The notes under the pieces: generated by a model | Databases searched by the model: none | What the model was told of the DNA's origin: nothing | What the model saw: only the letters and a program-made list of their open reading frames with translations | Position numbers and translations under genes: made by a program | Source: an uncultured Acidimicrobiaceae bacterium | Lineage (GTDB): Bacteria > Actinomycetota > Acidimicrobiia > Acidimicrobiales > RAAP-2 | Reading direction: 5' to 3' | Length of the DNA stretch: 64,000 bases | NCBI GenBank assembly: GCA_963769765.1 | Contig: CAVYNA010000004.1 | Coordinates: forward strand, 346,373 to 410,372 | In this document: in pieces, positions 56,401 through 64,000 of the stretch | How the letters are laid out: every line of letters starts with the position of its first letter | Numbering within the stretch: the first letter of the stretch is position 1

Positions 56401-57076
56401 CGCCGACACGAGGATCGCCGTCCCGGACTCGGAGTTCACCAAATCGCAGCGGCTCGCCTTCGAAAAGGAGATGCTCGGCCTCTACATCTCCGACCACCCG
56501 CTGATGGGCCACGAGACCGCACTGTCCCGCCTGACCGACTGCGGCCTGGCCGAGCTGCGCGACCTCGATCCGGAGGCTCTCCAGGGCGCGACGGACGGGC
56601 AGGTCCGCCTGCTCGGCGGCGTGGTCACCGAGCTTTCGCGCCGGTACACGAAGAAGGGCGACCTCATGGGCACCTTCGTCCTCGAGGACCTCGACGCCTC
56701 CGTCGAGGCGTTCGTCTTCCCGAAGACGATGGCCGAGTACGGGGCGCTGCTCGATGACGACGCCGTCGTGGTGGTGAAGGCCCGGCTCGACCTCCGGGAC
56801 GACCGGCTGAAGCTGGTCTGCATGGAGGTCCGTCGGCCCGAGCTCGTAGCAGACGACTGCAACGACCTCTCGATCAGCCTGCCGATCGGCCAGCTGACCG
56901 ACCGGACGGTCGACGGGCTGAAACGCCTGCTCGCGGAGCATCCTGGCGACTCTCCGGTGTTTCTGCGGGTCGGCGAGAAGGTGCTGCGCCTGCCTCCGGA
57001 GTTCAACGTCGACAGCCGCCATGGGCTGGTCGGCGAGCTCCGGGTGCTGCTCGGGCCCAACGCCGTCCTGGGCTGA
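53468..57076 (+). CDS. dnaE: DNA polymerase III subunit alpha
   Basis: (M)GTRSFAHLHTHTEFSMLDGAARIGELVEAAVADGQPALGITDHGNMYGVLDFY... with PHP, polymerase core and OB domains over 1202 aa. The start is TTG. Confidence 0.96.
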   Translation: MGTRSFAHLHTHTEFSMLDGAARIGELVEAAVADGQPALGITDHGNMYGVLDFYAACRDAGVNPVIGTEAYMAAESRHERPVRRGKLDDTGGDVAGGEKLYYHLTLLAESDEGYRNLLKLSSAAYLEGYYYKPRLDWELLARHSSGLIATTGCLGGVVLQALLADDRLKAETLAGRLQDIFGRDNLFVEVQDHGLPEQHKTNPALVEIARKLGAPLLATNDSHYTHREDHVAHDALLCVQTGALIDDPKRFKFEGEEHYLKSAAEMRHLFTELPEACDNTLLIAERASVTIDFGRPSLPRFPVPDGFEGATYEGRATSYLRELSIEGAKERYGAPLPADVMTRLDYELGVIAEMGFAAYFLVVWDLIRYARSRGIRVGPGRGSAAGCCVAYCLRIVDLDPIRYDLLFERFLNPGRVQMPDIDMDFDERYRGEMIRYAAERYGSDHVAQIVTFSTIKARAAVRDASRVLGFPYVVGDRIAKAMPPLLMGRDTPLAACLTRTEGMEDGYAAAAELRTMYETDPEAKRVIDVAKGLEGLRRQDGIHAAAVVITDQPLTEYVPIQRKPDGANPEDAPVVTQYEMHGVEDLGLLKMDFLGLRNLSVIERTLDLIEHITGRRPDIDRIPLDDPATYEMLQHGDSMGVFQLEGGPMRSLMRSLAPTCFDDVAALVALYRPGPMAANMHRDYADRKNGRQRVTYLHPDLEEILADTYGLMIYQESVMRVAQKFAGYTLAEADNLRKACGKKIRSLIQAEREKFVEGCVAQGYGEPLGTALFDIIEPFADYAFNKSHSYGYGYIAYQTAWLKAHHPVEYLASLLTSVKDNKDKTAVYLAECRALGIEVLVPDVNRSLSEFAPDPTGGSGTARQGAGRGAITFGLAAVRNVGEGLVAHIVAERERNGPFTDFYDFCQRVDPQVLNKRTIESLIKAGAFDSLGHPRQGLCLVFEEIVDRTLERRREHEAGVVSLFASLEPVTDGGAGGFADTRIAVPDSEFTKSQRLAFEKEMLGLYISDHPLMGHETALSRLTDCGLAELRDLDPEALQGATDGQVRLLGGVVTELSRRYTKKGDLMGTFVLEDLDASVEAFVFPKTMAEYGALLDDDAVVVVKARLDLRDDRLKLVCMEVRRPELVADDCNDLSISLPIGQLTDRTVDGLKRLLAEHPGDSPVFLRVGEKVLRLPPEFNVDSRHGLVGELRVLLGPNAVLG

Positions 57077-57248
57077 CCGCCCGCCCGCCGGGGGTCCGGA
57101 TAGGACAGACGCCTGCAAATCCCGTAAAATCTTTGGACGGCTCCTGGCGTGGAGGCCCGCAGTCCGCCCGACCACGCGGTCCGGCAGGGGGTGGGGGATC
57201 CACGACAGACCCGGGCCGGCGGCTCTCGCCGCAGGGAAACCGAGGAGT

Positions 57249-57935
57249 ATGGAACGCCACATGTCCATCCAGGTCGAGACCAAGGATTGCACGTCGATCA
57301 GTGACGCAGAGCTGGCCGAGATGGCCGATCTGTGCGCCGAGCGGGAACCCCGATTCGACATCGGATTCCTCTCGAAACAGAGAGAGGAGTGGGTGCTCGT
57401 CACCCGGGCGCGCGAGGGTGCGAAGCTGCGCGGGTACTCCTTCTCGACCCTCGAGCGCATCGGCGGCACACCATCGCTGCTGATCGGACTGGCCACCGTC
57501 GACCGGACCTCGCGTGCCGACACGGTGCTGCGGGCCATCATGGGCGACAAGTACCGTCGTGCCCTGCTCGCCTTCCCCGACGAGGACGTCCTCATCGGCA
57601 CACGCCTGCTGGCTGCTGACGGCTTCCGGGCGCTCTCCGGCCTGAGCGACGTGGTGCCGGGGTCTGGGCGCAAGGCCACCGGTGAGGAGCGTGCCTGGGG
57701 TCGGCGCCTGGCAAAGCGCTTCGGCGCCGACGGTCGCATCGACGATCGCAGCTTCGTCCTCGCGGGTGACGGCGGTGAGGCCGGCGGATTCGACTTCGCC
57801 AGCCCGAAGAGCCAGCCGTCGACCGAGCTCGTGGAGTTCTTCGCAGAGGTCGATCCGACCTGTGGAGCGCGGCTCGTGGCCTTCGGCTGGGCGATGGCCG
57901 AGGACCTGGCCGCGGGAAAGCTCGGGAGCCGCTGA
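57249..57935 (+). CDS. hypothetical protein (228 aa)
   Basis: MERHMSIQVETKDCTSISDAELAEMADLCAEREPRFDIGFLSKQREEWVLVTRAREGAKLRGYSFSTLERIGGTPSLLIGLATVD... GAGGAG lies upstream (ATG 57249 or 57261). No family recognised. Confidence 0.5.
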   Translation: MERHMSIQVETKDCTSISDAELAEMADLCAEREPRFDIGFLSKQREEWVLVTRAREGAKLRGYSFSTLERIGGTPSLLIGLATVDRTSRADTVLRAIMGDKYRRALLAFPDEDVLIGTRLLAADGFRALSGLSDVVPGSGRKATGEERAWGRRLAKRFGADGRIDDRSFVLAGDGGEAGGFDFASPKSQPSTELVEFFAEVDPTCGARLVAFGWAMAEDLAAGKLGSR

Positions 57936-58005
57936 ACCGACTGGCCTCCTCCACTCCGGCATCGACCCGGGTGAGGGATCAGCCCGCCGAGCGCTGGCCA
58001 GGCAA

Positions 58006-58011
58006 TAGCAT
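58006..58011 (+). promoter_or_regulatory. -10-like TAGCAT, 6 nt before GTG 58018; candidate leaderless promoter
   Basis: The sequence is ...ggcaaTAGCATgggctcGTG. Confidence 0.35.
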
Positions 58012-58017
58012 GGGCTC

Positions 58018-58467
58018 GTGAAGGTCTCGACTCGCGGTGACTACGCCAGTCGCGCCCTCCTCTCGTTGGCCCTCCACTCCGACGGGGAGGGTCCGACCGC
58101 GGTCCGCGACATCGCGGAGCGCACCGGGCTCCCCCAGCCGTACCTCGAGCAGATCCTCCTCGCGCTCAAAGGGGCCGGGCTGGTGCGTTCGAAGCGCGGT
58201 GTGGGCGGCGGCTACGTGCTCGCGCGTCCGCCGGAGGAGATCACCCTCTCCCAGATCGTCTCGGCGGTCGACGGTCCGATCGTGGCCGGCGACTTCGGCC
58301 TCCCACACGAGAACGGCGCCTGCGACCACGAGGGCCAGTGCGTGCTCTTGAGCGTCTGGGCCGACGTGGGCGAGTACATGCGCACCCACCTCGACTCGTT
58401 CACCCTCGCCGATATGGTGGCCCGGGCACGCGGTCAGGTTCCCACGCTCCGCCGCACGGCAGGCTGA
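58018..58467 (+). CDS. Rrf2-family transcriptional regulator
   Basis: MKVSTRGDYASRALLSLALHSDGEGPTAVRDIAERTGLPQPYLEQILLALKGAGLVRSKRGVGGGYVLARPPEEITLSQIVSAVDG... with C-terminal Cys residues (GACDHEGQC). Confidence 0.88.
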   Translation: MKVSTRGDYASRALLSLALHSDGEGPTAVRDIAERTGLPQPYLEQILLALKGAGLVRSKRGVGGGYVLARPPEEITLSQIVSAVDGPIVAGDFGLPHENGACDHEGQCVLLSVWADVGEYMRTHLDSFTLADMVARARGQVPTLRRTAG

Positions 58468-58474
58468 CCGCCGG

Positions 58475-59059
58475 TCAGGGGTCGACGCACTGGTTCCATT
58501 CGCGCACCACCGGCTGTTCGCGCTCCCAACCGAGGATGCTCAACGAGGCGGGACCGAGCACCAGGTACCGGCCGGCCTCTGCCGGAAGCCCGACCCACCG
58601 GGCGGCGAGCACCCGGAGCACGTGCGCGTGGGCGATGCAGGCCACGTCGCCCTCGGTCGACCGCACCCTGGCGACGATCCGATCGGCCCGGACACCCACG
58701 TCGGCGACGCGCTCCCCGCCCGGGGTGCCGTCGTCGAAGAGGCTCCACCCCGGCCGTTCGCGGCGGATCTCCGCGGTGGTTCGGCCCTCGTAGGAGCCGT
58801 AGTCCCACTCGAGAAGATCGGGGTCGTCCACGCAGAACTCACCGAGGCCGAGGAGCTCGGCGGTCTCGTGCGCCCGCAGGAGCGGACTCGTGAGCACGAG
58901 TGCGAAGCGGAATCGTTCGACGACAGGCCGCACCGCTCGGACCTGGGCGGCGCCCTCGGCCAGGAGGGGCAGCTCGGTCCGGCCGGTGTGCCGCCCCTCG
59001 CGGCTCCAAGCGGTCTCGCCATGTCGGACGAGGACGCATCGCTGATCCGGCGCTGACAT
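58475..59059 (-). CDS. histidine phosphatase family protein (phosphoglycerate mutase-like)
   Basis: MSAPDQRCVLVRHGETAWSREGRHTGRTELPLLAEGAAQ...VLTSPLLRAHETAEL...EWDYGSYEGRT...CIAHAHVLRVL... (RHGE and H motifs). Confidence 0.85.
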   Translation of the reverse strand: MSAPDQRCVLVRHGETAWSREGRHTGRTELPLLAEGAAQVRAVRPVVERFRFALVLTSPLLRAHETAELLGLGEFCVDDPDLLEWDYGSYEGRTTAEIRRERPGWSLFDDGTPGGERVADVGVRADRIVARVRSTEGDVACIAHAHVLRVLAARWVGLPAEAGRYLVLGPASLSILGWEREQPVVREWNQCVDP

Positions 59060-59191
59060 CCGGTCAGCCGAGCACGCCGACCGGGAGTGCCGCAACTGGA
59101 CCTGGCATGGAATGGACCGGATCGAGGTGGTGTTGTACCTGCCGTCCACCCCTATGAGGACCGACGCACAGACAGACCAACAAGGAGCGGG

Positions 59192-60127
59192 ATGGCGACG
59201 AGCACGATGACCAGGGCCACCACGAGACCCTCCGAGCGGACCACGGGGTCCTCCGAAGGGCGACCGCGCACCGCGCGTCGGGGCGCCCCCGCCCGCAGCC
59301 GGAGCGCGGACGCGGACAGTCTGGGCCTGTTCCTCCGCGACCTCGACCAGCACCCCCTTCCCGACCACGACGCCCAGACCGAACTGGCCAAGCGGGTCGC
59401 TGCAGGCGACGACGCTGCGCGGCGCGAGATGGTCGCCTCCAACCTCCGCCTCGTCGTGCACTGGGCCCGCCGCTACCAAGACCGCGGGGTCGACCTCGCC
59501 GACCTCATCCAGGAGGGGACCTTCGGCCTGATGCGGGCGGTCGACAAGTTCGACTGGGAGCGGGGATTCCGCTTCTCCACCTACGCGACCTGGTGGATCC
59601 GCCAGGCGCTCCAGCGGGCCGTGCAACAGCACGGACGCACGATCCGACTCCCCATGGAGGTCGCCGAGCGCAACCAGCAGGTCGATGCCGCGCTCTGGGA
59701 GCTCACCCATCAGCTGCAGCGCCCACCGACCGACGACGAGCTTGACGAGGTCACCAACACGAACGCCGACGTGCGCTCCGATCTCTCTCAGGTCGCGCGG
59801 GTGGTGGCCAGCCTCGACCAGCCGGCAACGGCCGATTCCTCTGCGACCCTCGGCGACCTGGTCTCGACCGACCTGAGCGAGTTCGAAGACGAGGTGGCCT
59901 CGGAGCTCACGCTCGACCTGGTGCGCCAGGCGGTCGACCGGCTCAGCGAGCTGCAACGCCAGGTCATCAGGCACCGGTTCGGGTTCGACGGGAGCGATCC
60001 GGCCTCCCTGCAGACCACGGCCGAGCGGCTCGGCATCGGCGTCCGCAAGGTGCGCCAGGCCGAGGCGGAGGCCCTCGAGCTGCTCTCTGACAGCGAGATG
60101 CTCGAAGCCGCGCACGAGGCGGCCTGA
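59192..60127 (+). CDS. sigma-70 family RNA polymerase sigma factor (group 2/3-like)
   Basis: ...LGLFLRDLDQHPLPDHDAQTELAKRVAAGDDAARREMVASNLRLVVHWARRYQDRGVDLADLIQEGTFGLMRAVDKFDWERGFRFSTYATWWIRQALQRAV... plus regions 3 and 4. GGAG lies 5 nt before ATG 59192. Confidence 0.88.
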   Translation: MATSTMTRATTRPSERTTGSSEGRPRTARRGAPARSRSADADSLGLFLRDLDQHPLPDHDAQTELAKRVAAGDDAARREMVASNLRLVVHWARRYQDRGVDLADLIQEGTFGLMRAVDKFDWERGFRFSTYATWWIRQALQRAVQQHGRTIRLPMEVAERNQQVDAALWELTHQLQRPPTDDELDEVTNTNADVRSDLSQVARVVASLDQPATADSSATLGDLVSTDLSEFEDEVASELTLDLVRQAVDRLSELQRQVIRHRFGFDGSDPASLQTTAERLGIGVRKVRQAEAEALELLSDSEMLEAAHEAA

Positions 60128-60179
60128 CCGACTGGCGCGACCCGCACCGAACTCCGGTGCTCGGCGCACCGATCGGGGA

Positions 60180-61103
60180 TCACTCGGCGAACTGCGCGAG
60201 CAGCGCGCGCAGCTCCGCCGGCAGCTCCGACGTCCACGAACGGTGCTCTCCGGTCACCGGGTGGACGAGTTCGAGGCGTTCCGCATGGAGGAACGGTCGG
60301 GTGATCGGTGTCGGTCCCCCGCGTCCCGCACCGTAGACGTCGTCGCCGAGCACGGGGTGCCCGATCGCCGCGAGGTGGACCCGGATCTGGTGGGTCCGAC
60401 CGGTCTCGAGCTCGACGGTCAGCAATGTCGTCGGGACAGGTCGGTCGAATCGTGCCTCGACCCGGTACCGGGTACGCGCCGGCCGGCCCCGCCGGGTCAC
60501 CGCCATCCGGGTCGGGGCGCTCCCCGACCGTCCGACCGGCGCGTCGATGACCCCGGAGGCCGCCTCGACGGCACCGTGCACGACTGCCCGGTACCGACGC
60601 GTCACGGTCCGGGAGGAGAGCTGCGCAACGAGCGACCCGTACGCCGCCGGGGTCCGGGCCACCACGAGCAGTCCTGACGTCCCGCGGTCGAGACGGTGGA
60701 CGATGCCCGGTCGGTCGGCCTCCCCGACCGAGGAGAGCTCCGGAAAACGCGCGAGCAGCCCGTGCACCAGGGTCCCCGTCGGCTGGCCCGCCCCCGGATG
60801 GACGACCAGACCGGCGGGCTTGTCCACGACGATCAGCGCGTCGTCGGCGAAGACCACCTCGACTGGAACCGACGGATCGGCCAGCGGCCCCGGAGCGACC
60901 TCCTGATCGAGGTCGACCGTGAGGTGCTGTCCGGCCCGGAGAGCGGACGACCGGCTCCGAACCGGTCGTCCGTCGACCGAGACCCGGCCGCGTTCGACGA
61001 GGTCCGCCACCGCCGAGCGGGTGCGGTCGGCGAGCAGGGCGACCGCCTTGTCGACACGCACCCCCTCGAGTGCCTCGGGCACCGTCACTTCGAGCTGACT
61101 CAC
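60180..61103 (-). CDS. RluA-family 23S rRNA pseudouridine synthase (RluD-like)
   Basis: VSQLEVTVPEALEGVRVDKAVALL... (S4 domain) ...VVDKPAGLVVHPG...GIVHRLDRGTSGLLVVART...TGRTHQIRVHLAAIGHPVLGD... The GTG overlaps the lspA TGA (GTGA). Confidence 0.9.
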   Translation of the reverse strand: MSQLEVTVPEALEGVRVDKAVALLADRTRSAVADLVERGRVSVDGRPVRSRSSALRAGQHLTVDLDQEVAPGPLADPSVPVEVVFADDALIVVDKPAGLVVHPGAGQPTGTLVHGLLARFPELSSVGEADRPGIVHRLDRGTSGLLVVARTPAAYGSLVAQLSSRTVTRRYRAVVHGAVEAASGVIDAPVGRSGSAPTRMAVTRRGRPARTRYRVEARFDRPVPTTLLTVELETGRTHQIRVHLAAIGHPVLGDDVYGAGRGGPTPITRPFLHAERLELVHPVTGEHRSWTSELPAELRALLAQFAE

Positions 61104-61618
61104 GGTACCGCCGGGCGCCGAAGGAGCGAGATCACGAGGAGCCCGCAGCCGACGACGATGCACGCGTCGGCGACGTTGAAGGTCGGCCAGAAGTGCAGTG
61201 CGACGAAGTCGACCACCGAGCCGTGTTCGCCCCGGAACAGACGGTCGGAAAGATTCCCGAAAGCCCCACCGATGATCAGGCCCACGGCTGCAGCCCGTCC
61301 GGTCGTCTCTGCCCGCCAGACCACGACGGCGAGGGCGGACACAAGAACGACGGCGAGGATCACGAGCAGGCTGGTCTGCCCCTGCAGGATCGAGAACGAG
61401 CCGCCGCTGTTGCGGGCGAGCTCGAGGTCGAGCGTGCCGACCACGTGAATCGGACCGGCGCGCAGGCGGCTGACCGCCCACGACTTCGTCAGCTGGTCGG
61501 CGAGGACCACGAGGCATGCCACGCCGCCGGCCAGGAGCAGGCGGCCAGCCCCTGTCGAGCGGATCGTCCCCGCAGGCGGATCGTCGATCAGCGTCGGGAC
61601 AGCCCGCCGCTCTTGCAT
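61100..61618 (-). CDS. lspA: signal peptidase II (lipoprotein signal peptidase)
   Basis: ...LLLAGGVACLVVLADQLTKSWAV...LELARNSGGSFSIL...IIGGAFGNLSDRLFRG..VVDFV...WPTFNVADACI... ATG 61618 overlaps the dksA-like gene by 31 nt. A CTG in the CTGA junction at 61591 is an alternative start. Confidence 0.88.
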   Translation of the reverse strand: MQERRAVPTLIDDPPAGTIRSTGAGRLLLAGGVACLVVLADQLTKSWAVSRLRAGPIHVVGTLDLELARNSGGSFSILQGQTSLLVILAVVLVSALAVVVWRAETTGRAAAVGLIIGGAFGNLSDRLFRGEHGSVVDFVALHFWPTFNVADACIVVGCGLLVISLLRRPAVP

Positions 61619-62355
61619 GCCACGCAGAGCCGTGCATAGGGCAACGCCCGGAGCCGAGCCTTGGGGATCGCGTGGAAGCATCGCTCGCACCCGCCATAGG
61701 TCTTGCGCTCGATCTTGCGCAGCGCGTCGTCGATCTCCTCGACCGCCGCGACCGCCTGCGCGGAGAGCGCGAGATTCCGCTCGCGGTCGACGGTCACCGT
61801 ACCGCCTTCACCTGACTCCTCGTCGAACTGCACATCGCCGGGCTCCCGTTCGAGTGCCAACGAATCTGCTTCTGCGCGGAGGTCGACCGCCTGACCCTTG
61901 TAGATCGCCCGCTCTTCGAGAAGGAGGTCCCGCTGCTCGTCGAGGAACTTCTGCTCCTTCGCATAGGGCCCGTGCGCCGGTCGCTTCTTCGCGGGCGGTG
62001 CGGCCTTCTTCGCGGGCGGTGCAGCCTTCTTCGCGGGCGGTGCGGCCTTCCTTGCGGGCGGTGCGGCCCTCTTCGATGCAGGGGCGGCCTTCTTCGATGC
62101 GGGTGCGGCCTTCCTTGATGCGGGTGCGGCCTTCTTCGCCGCAGGGGCGGCCTTCTTCGCGGGCGGTGCAGCCTTCTTCGATGCGTTGGCCTTGGCGGAC
62201 CCCCCCTTCTTCGCGGGCGGTGCGGCCTTCTTAGCGGGCGACGCTGCCTTCTTCGATGCAGGAGCCTTGACGACCACGGCCTTCTTCGATGCGGGTGCGG
62301 ACTTCTTCGCGACCGCCTTCTTCTTTGCGGGCGCCGCCTTCTTCGCTGCCGTCAC
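61588..62355 (-). CDS. DksA/TraR-family C4 zinc-finger protein with a Lys/Ala/Pro-rich repeat N-terminus
   Basis: GTG 62355 is preceded by GGAGG at 6-nt spacing. The N-terminal ~150 aa are KKAAPPA-type heptad repeats. The C-terminus reads ...EQKFLDEQRDLLLEERAIY...EEIDDALRKIERKTYGGCERCFHAIPKARLRALPYARLCVACK (CxxC-x17-CxxC). Confidence 0.8.
   Translation of the reverse strand: MTAAKKAAPAKKKAVAKKSAPASKKAVVVKAPASKKAASPAKKAAPPAKKGGSAKANASKKAAPPAKKAAPAAKKAAPASRKAAPASKKAAPASKRAAPPARKAAPPAKKAAPPAKKAAPPAKKRPAHGPYAKEQKFLDEQRDLLLEERAIYKGQAVDLRAEADSLALEREPGDVQFDEESGEGGTVTVDRERNLALSAQAVAAVEEIDDALRKIERKTYGGCERCFHAIPKARLRALPYARLCVACKSGGLSRR
61984..62346. repeat. 21-bp tandem coding repeat (cttcttcgcgggcggtgcggc and variants)
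   Basis: Nine regular 21-bp units lie at 61984-62172, then degenerate copies run to about 62346. They encode AAPPAKK heptads of the DksA-like protein on the minus strand. Confidence 0.9.
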
Positions 62356-62441
62356 CTCGACCTCCTTTTGCGCCCATCGGTCTGATCCGCCTCGCCCCGG
62401 TACAGGGGATCGGTCCGATCGCGGCGCATGACGAGCGGGAG

Positions 62442-62470
62442 ACCCTACCGTGCAGAACGGGGGCCGGCAA
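62442..62470 (-). promoter_or_regulatory. candidate promoter of the dksA-like/lspA/rluD operon: -35 TTGCCG, 17-nt spacer, -10 TAGGGT
   Basis: The minus strand reads ggaTTGCCGgcccccgttctgcacggTAGGGTctccc, about 85 nt upstream of GTG 62355. Confidence 0.4.
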
Positions 62471-62569
62471 TCCTGCGGCCCGGGCGTGCCCCAGGACCCT
62501 AACGGGTGGACATCGCGGCGTCGTGCAGGGCGCGGTGCCACTGCGGTCAGCTCACAGACGGTGGAGGAA

Positions 62570-63373
62570 TCAGAGGGGCAACGTGGCGTTGGTCGGGCGG
62601 GACACCGTGCCCGGAGCCTGGATGCGCGTCATCTCCGATACCGGCCGGTTGGCCGCGCTCGTGGGTGACGGCGCCTCCGAAGGCGACCCCGCGACCGGGC
62701 GGTTGCCGACCGGCTGGCTTGTCGGATTCGACGGTGCGGGGATCGTCCCAGCGGCGTCGGCCGACTCGGACTCGTGCGACAACCCCTCGTCGTCGATCGG
62801 GTGGACGTGGTCGTCGACCCAGGTGAGCATCTCGCCGAGCGCGGCACGCAAACGCCGCCGCTCGGTCTCGAGGTGCTGGGACATCACTTCGATCTCTCGC
62901 GCGAGGCTCTGCTTGGCGCCCTCCAGCCGACCGATTTCCTCGCGCAGCCGCTGCTCGGACTCGGCGACCAGCTTTGACGCGTGGGCCTGCGCCTGATCGG
63001 TCATCATCCGCGCCTTTGCGTCGGCCTCGGAGATGATGCGGCGCGCCTGGGCTTCAGAGTCGGCCTTCGTCTGGTCCACGAACTGCTGCGCGAGCAGCAG
63101 GGTCCGCTGCAGGGTGTCGTCGGGGACGGCCGGCTCGGCCGGCTGCGGTTCGGGCTGGTTGGCGAGCGTCGCTTCGAGCTCGGAGATGCGCTCCGCCGCT
63201 TGGCGCAGGCGCTCCCCGCTCTGGCGCAGCTGCTCTTGAAGTCCCTCGGCTTCGACGGCCGCCCGCTCGAGGTACTCGTCGACGTCGTCGCGGTGATAGC
63301 CCTTCAAGGTCTCGCGGAACTCGACGGTCCGAAGCGAATCGAGTGCAGTCTGTGAGGCGTCCATGGTCGCCAT
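62570..63373 (-). CDS. divIVA: DivIVA-domain cell-pole/septum protein (Wag31-like)
   Basis: MATMDASQTALDSLRTVEFRETLKGYHRDDVDEYLERAAVEAEGLQEQLRQ... followed by a coiled-coil and a Ser/Pro-rich tail. The sepF-yggT-divIVA order is conserved. Confidence 0.9.
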   Translation of the reverse strand: MATMDASQTALDSLRTVEFRETLKGYHRDDVDEYLERAAVEAEGLQEQLRQSGERLRQAAERISELEATLANQPEPQPAEPAVPDDTLQRTLLLAQQFVDQTKADSEAQARRIISEADAKARMMTDQAQAHASKLVAESEQRLREEIGRLEGAKQSLAREIEVMSQHLETERRRLRAALGEMLTWVDDHVHPIDDEGLSHESESADAAGTIPAPSNPTSQPVGNRPVAGSPSEAPSPTSAANRPVSEMTRIQAPGTVSRPTNATLPL

Positions 63374-63448
63374 GCTAGCGGCGCTGTCGATCCCGACCGG
63401 TGATCGTTCGCACGCCTGATGGAGGCGGTCCGAGGGCAGGTCGTGCGG

Positions 63449-63718
63449 TCAGTGGAAGAGCGGAATGAGGATCAGCTCGATGACCAAGAAGAGCACGAGG
63501 ACCGAGAGGTCGAGGCCGACCGAGCCGATCCGGGCGGCAGGGATGATCCTGCGGATCGGGTTGAGCACCGGGTCGCAGAGGGCGCTGAACACGCGCTGGA
63601 CCTTGAAGACCGGCGAGTCGAACTCGAGGCGGGCGTACGCGATGACCAGGCTCAGGACGCAGTAGCCGATGAGCACCAACAGGTAGAGCTGGAGCAGGTA
63701 GCCGATGATGGAGAGCAC
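63449..63718 (-). CDS. YggT-family membrane protein
   Basis: MLSIIGYLLQLYLLVLIGYCVLSLVIAYARLEFDSPVFKVQRVFSALCDPVLNPIRRIIPAARIGSVGLDLSVLVLFLVIELI... Confidence 0.85.
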   Translation of the reverse strand: MLSIIGYLLQLYLLVLIGYCVLSLVIAYARLEFDSPVFKVQRVFSALCDPVLNPIRRIIPAARIGSVGLDLSVLVLFLVIELILIPLFH

Positions 63719-63765
63719 GTCCGATCAACTCCCGTGTGCGCAACGACCCGGACGAGGGCGGCAGG

Positions 63766-64000
63766 TCAGGGATTCACCAGTCCTCGGTCGGCCAGCCGCT
63801 GACGTTCCTCGTCGGAGACCTTGACGTTCGACGGGGTGAGGAGGAACACCTCATCGGCGACCCGTTCCATCCCCCCGGAGAGCGCGTAGGTCACGCCGCT
63901 GCAGAAGTCGATCATGCGGCGCTGGAGATCGCGCTCCGCGCTCTGCATGTTCACGATGACCGGCTGATTGCTCATGAGCCGGTTGGCGATCTCCTGTGCG
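63766..64000 (-). CDS. sepF: cell division protein SepF (C-terminal part; N-terminus beyond the right edge)
   Basis: ...AQEIANRLMSNQPVIVNMQSAERDLQRRMIDFCSGVTYALSGGMERVADEVFLLTPSNVKVSDEERQRL... The frame is open to position 64000. Confidence 0.8.
   Translation of the reverse strand, partial: AQEIANRLMSNQPVIVNMQSAERDLQRRMIDFCSGVTYALSGGMERVADEVFLLTPSNVKVSDEERQRLADRGLVNP

Noticed and set aside
54581-57739. Very long antisense or alternative-frame ORFs, for example 54581..57739 (1052 aa, opposite dnaE), 7516..9549, 12258..14015, 3200..5431, 17057..18589, 48712..50352 and 2568..3734
   Set aside because: These are Arg/Pro/Gly/Ala-rich translations with no recognisable domains. They lie opposite or out of frame to clearly conserved genes. 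They are typical shadow ORFs of about 70% GC DNA, where stop codons are rare.
61588-61591. A fourth CTGA start (lspA at the dksA-like stop)
   Set aside because: The lspA frame does place a CTG over the TGA, but an in-frame ATG at 61618 is available 9 codons upstream. A C before TGA is common in GC-rich genes, so this case is ambiguous and was not counted with gmk, priA and the trmH-like gene.
61984-62346. CRISPR array or mobile-element repeats as an explanation for the tandem repeats (21-bp at 61984-62346; 9-bp at 4374-4427, 18823-18849 and 44614-44657)
   Set aside because: The units are contiguous with no spacers. Three of the four arrays are in-frame coding repeats. No cas, transposase or integrase genes occur anywhere in the window.
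1-64000. Defence island, prophage, toxin-antitoxin, secondary-metabolite cluster or other accessory system
   Set aside because: Every multi-gene block could be assigned to conserved housekeeping synteny. The few unknown ORFs (36230-37596, 50820-51542, 57249-57935) are isolated, have native-looking composition, and lack hallmark domains I can recognise. No GC or codon-usage island was seen other than the 44.6-44.8 kb spacer.

Overview
This is a 64-kb stretch of a very GC-rich (by eye about 70%) Actinomycetota-type chromosome. It is almost entirely conserved core metabolism and information processing. Gene order follows blocks known from mycobacteria and streptomycetes, in this order:
- trmH-like, rplT, rpmI, infC
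- a DUF1844 gene and an MFS transporter
- hisG; ribH-ribBA-ribD; rpe-fmt-def
- priA-metK-coaBC-rpoZ-gmk-mihF
- an oppositely oriented pxpA-pxpBC (5-oxoprolinase) insert
- pyrD-carB-carA-pyrC-pyrB-pyrR
- an EmrB-type MFS pump
- nusB-efp-pepQ-aroQ-aroB-aroK-aroC, a prepilin peptidase and nfu
- tyrS and a carotenoid oxygenase
- menD/menH/menA/menB/menE
- an operon ending in the proteasome activator bpa
- dnaE; an Rrf2 regulator; a sigma factor
- rluD-lspA-dksA-like; divIVA-yggT-sepF

About 70 CDS are called. I saw no tRNA, rRNA, CRISPR, transposase, integrase, phage or recognisable defence genes, so I cannot honestly claim a new multi-gene system.

The items most worth a second look are:
1. An AT-rich pair of perfect palindromes with 20-bp phasing and a parS-like TCACGTGA core, in the convergent menH/menA spacer next to a 9-bp tandem array.
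2. Three conserved genes (trmH-like, priA, gmk) with no ATG/GTG/TTG start. Each has a CTG embedded in the upstream TGA (CTGA), and two share an identical 11-nt junction.
3. Independent frameshifts in carB (+2 in a CG run) and pyrB (+1) within one pyrimidine operon.
4. A 262-bp convergent CDS overlap built on a 9-bp repeat.
5. bpa translationally coupled to uncharacterised enzymes.
6. A DksA-like protein with a 21-bp-repeat AAPPAKK tail.

Start codons were assigned by hand and may be off. Family calls come from my recognition of the translated sequence, not from database searches.
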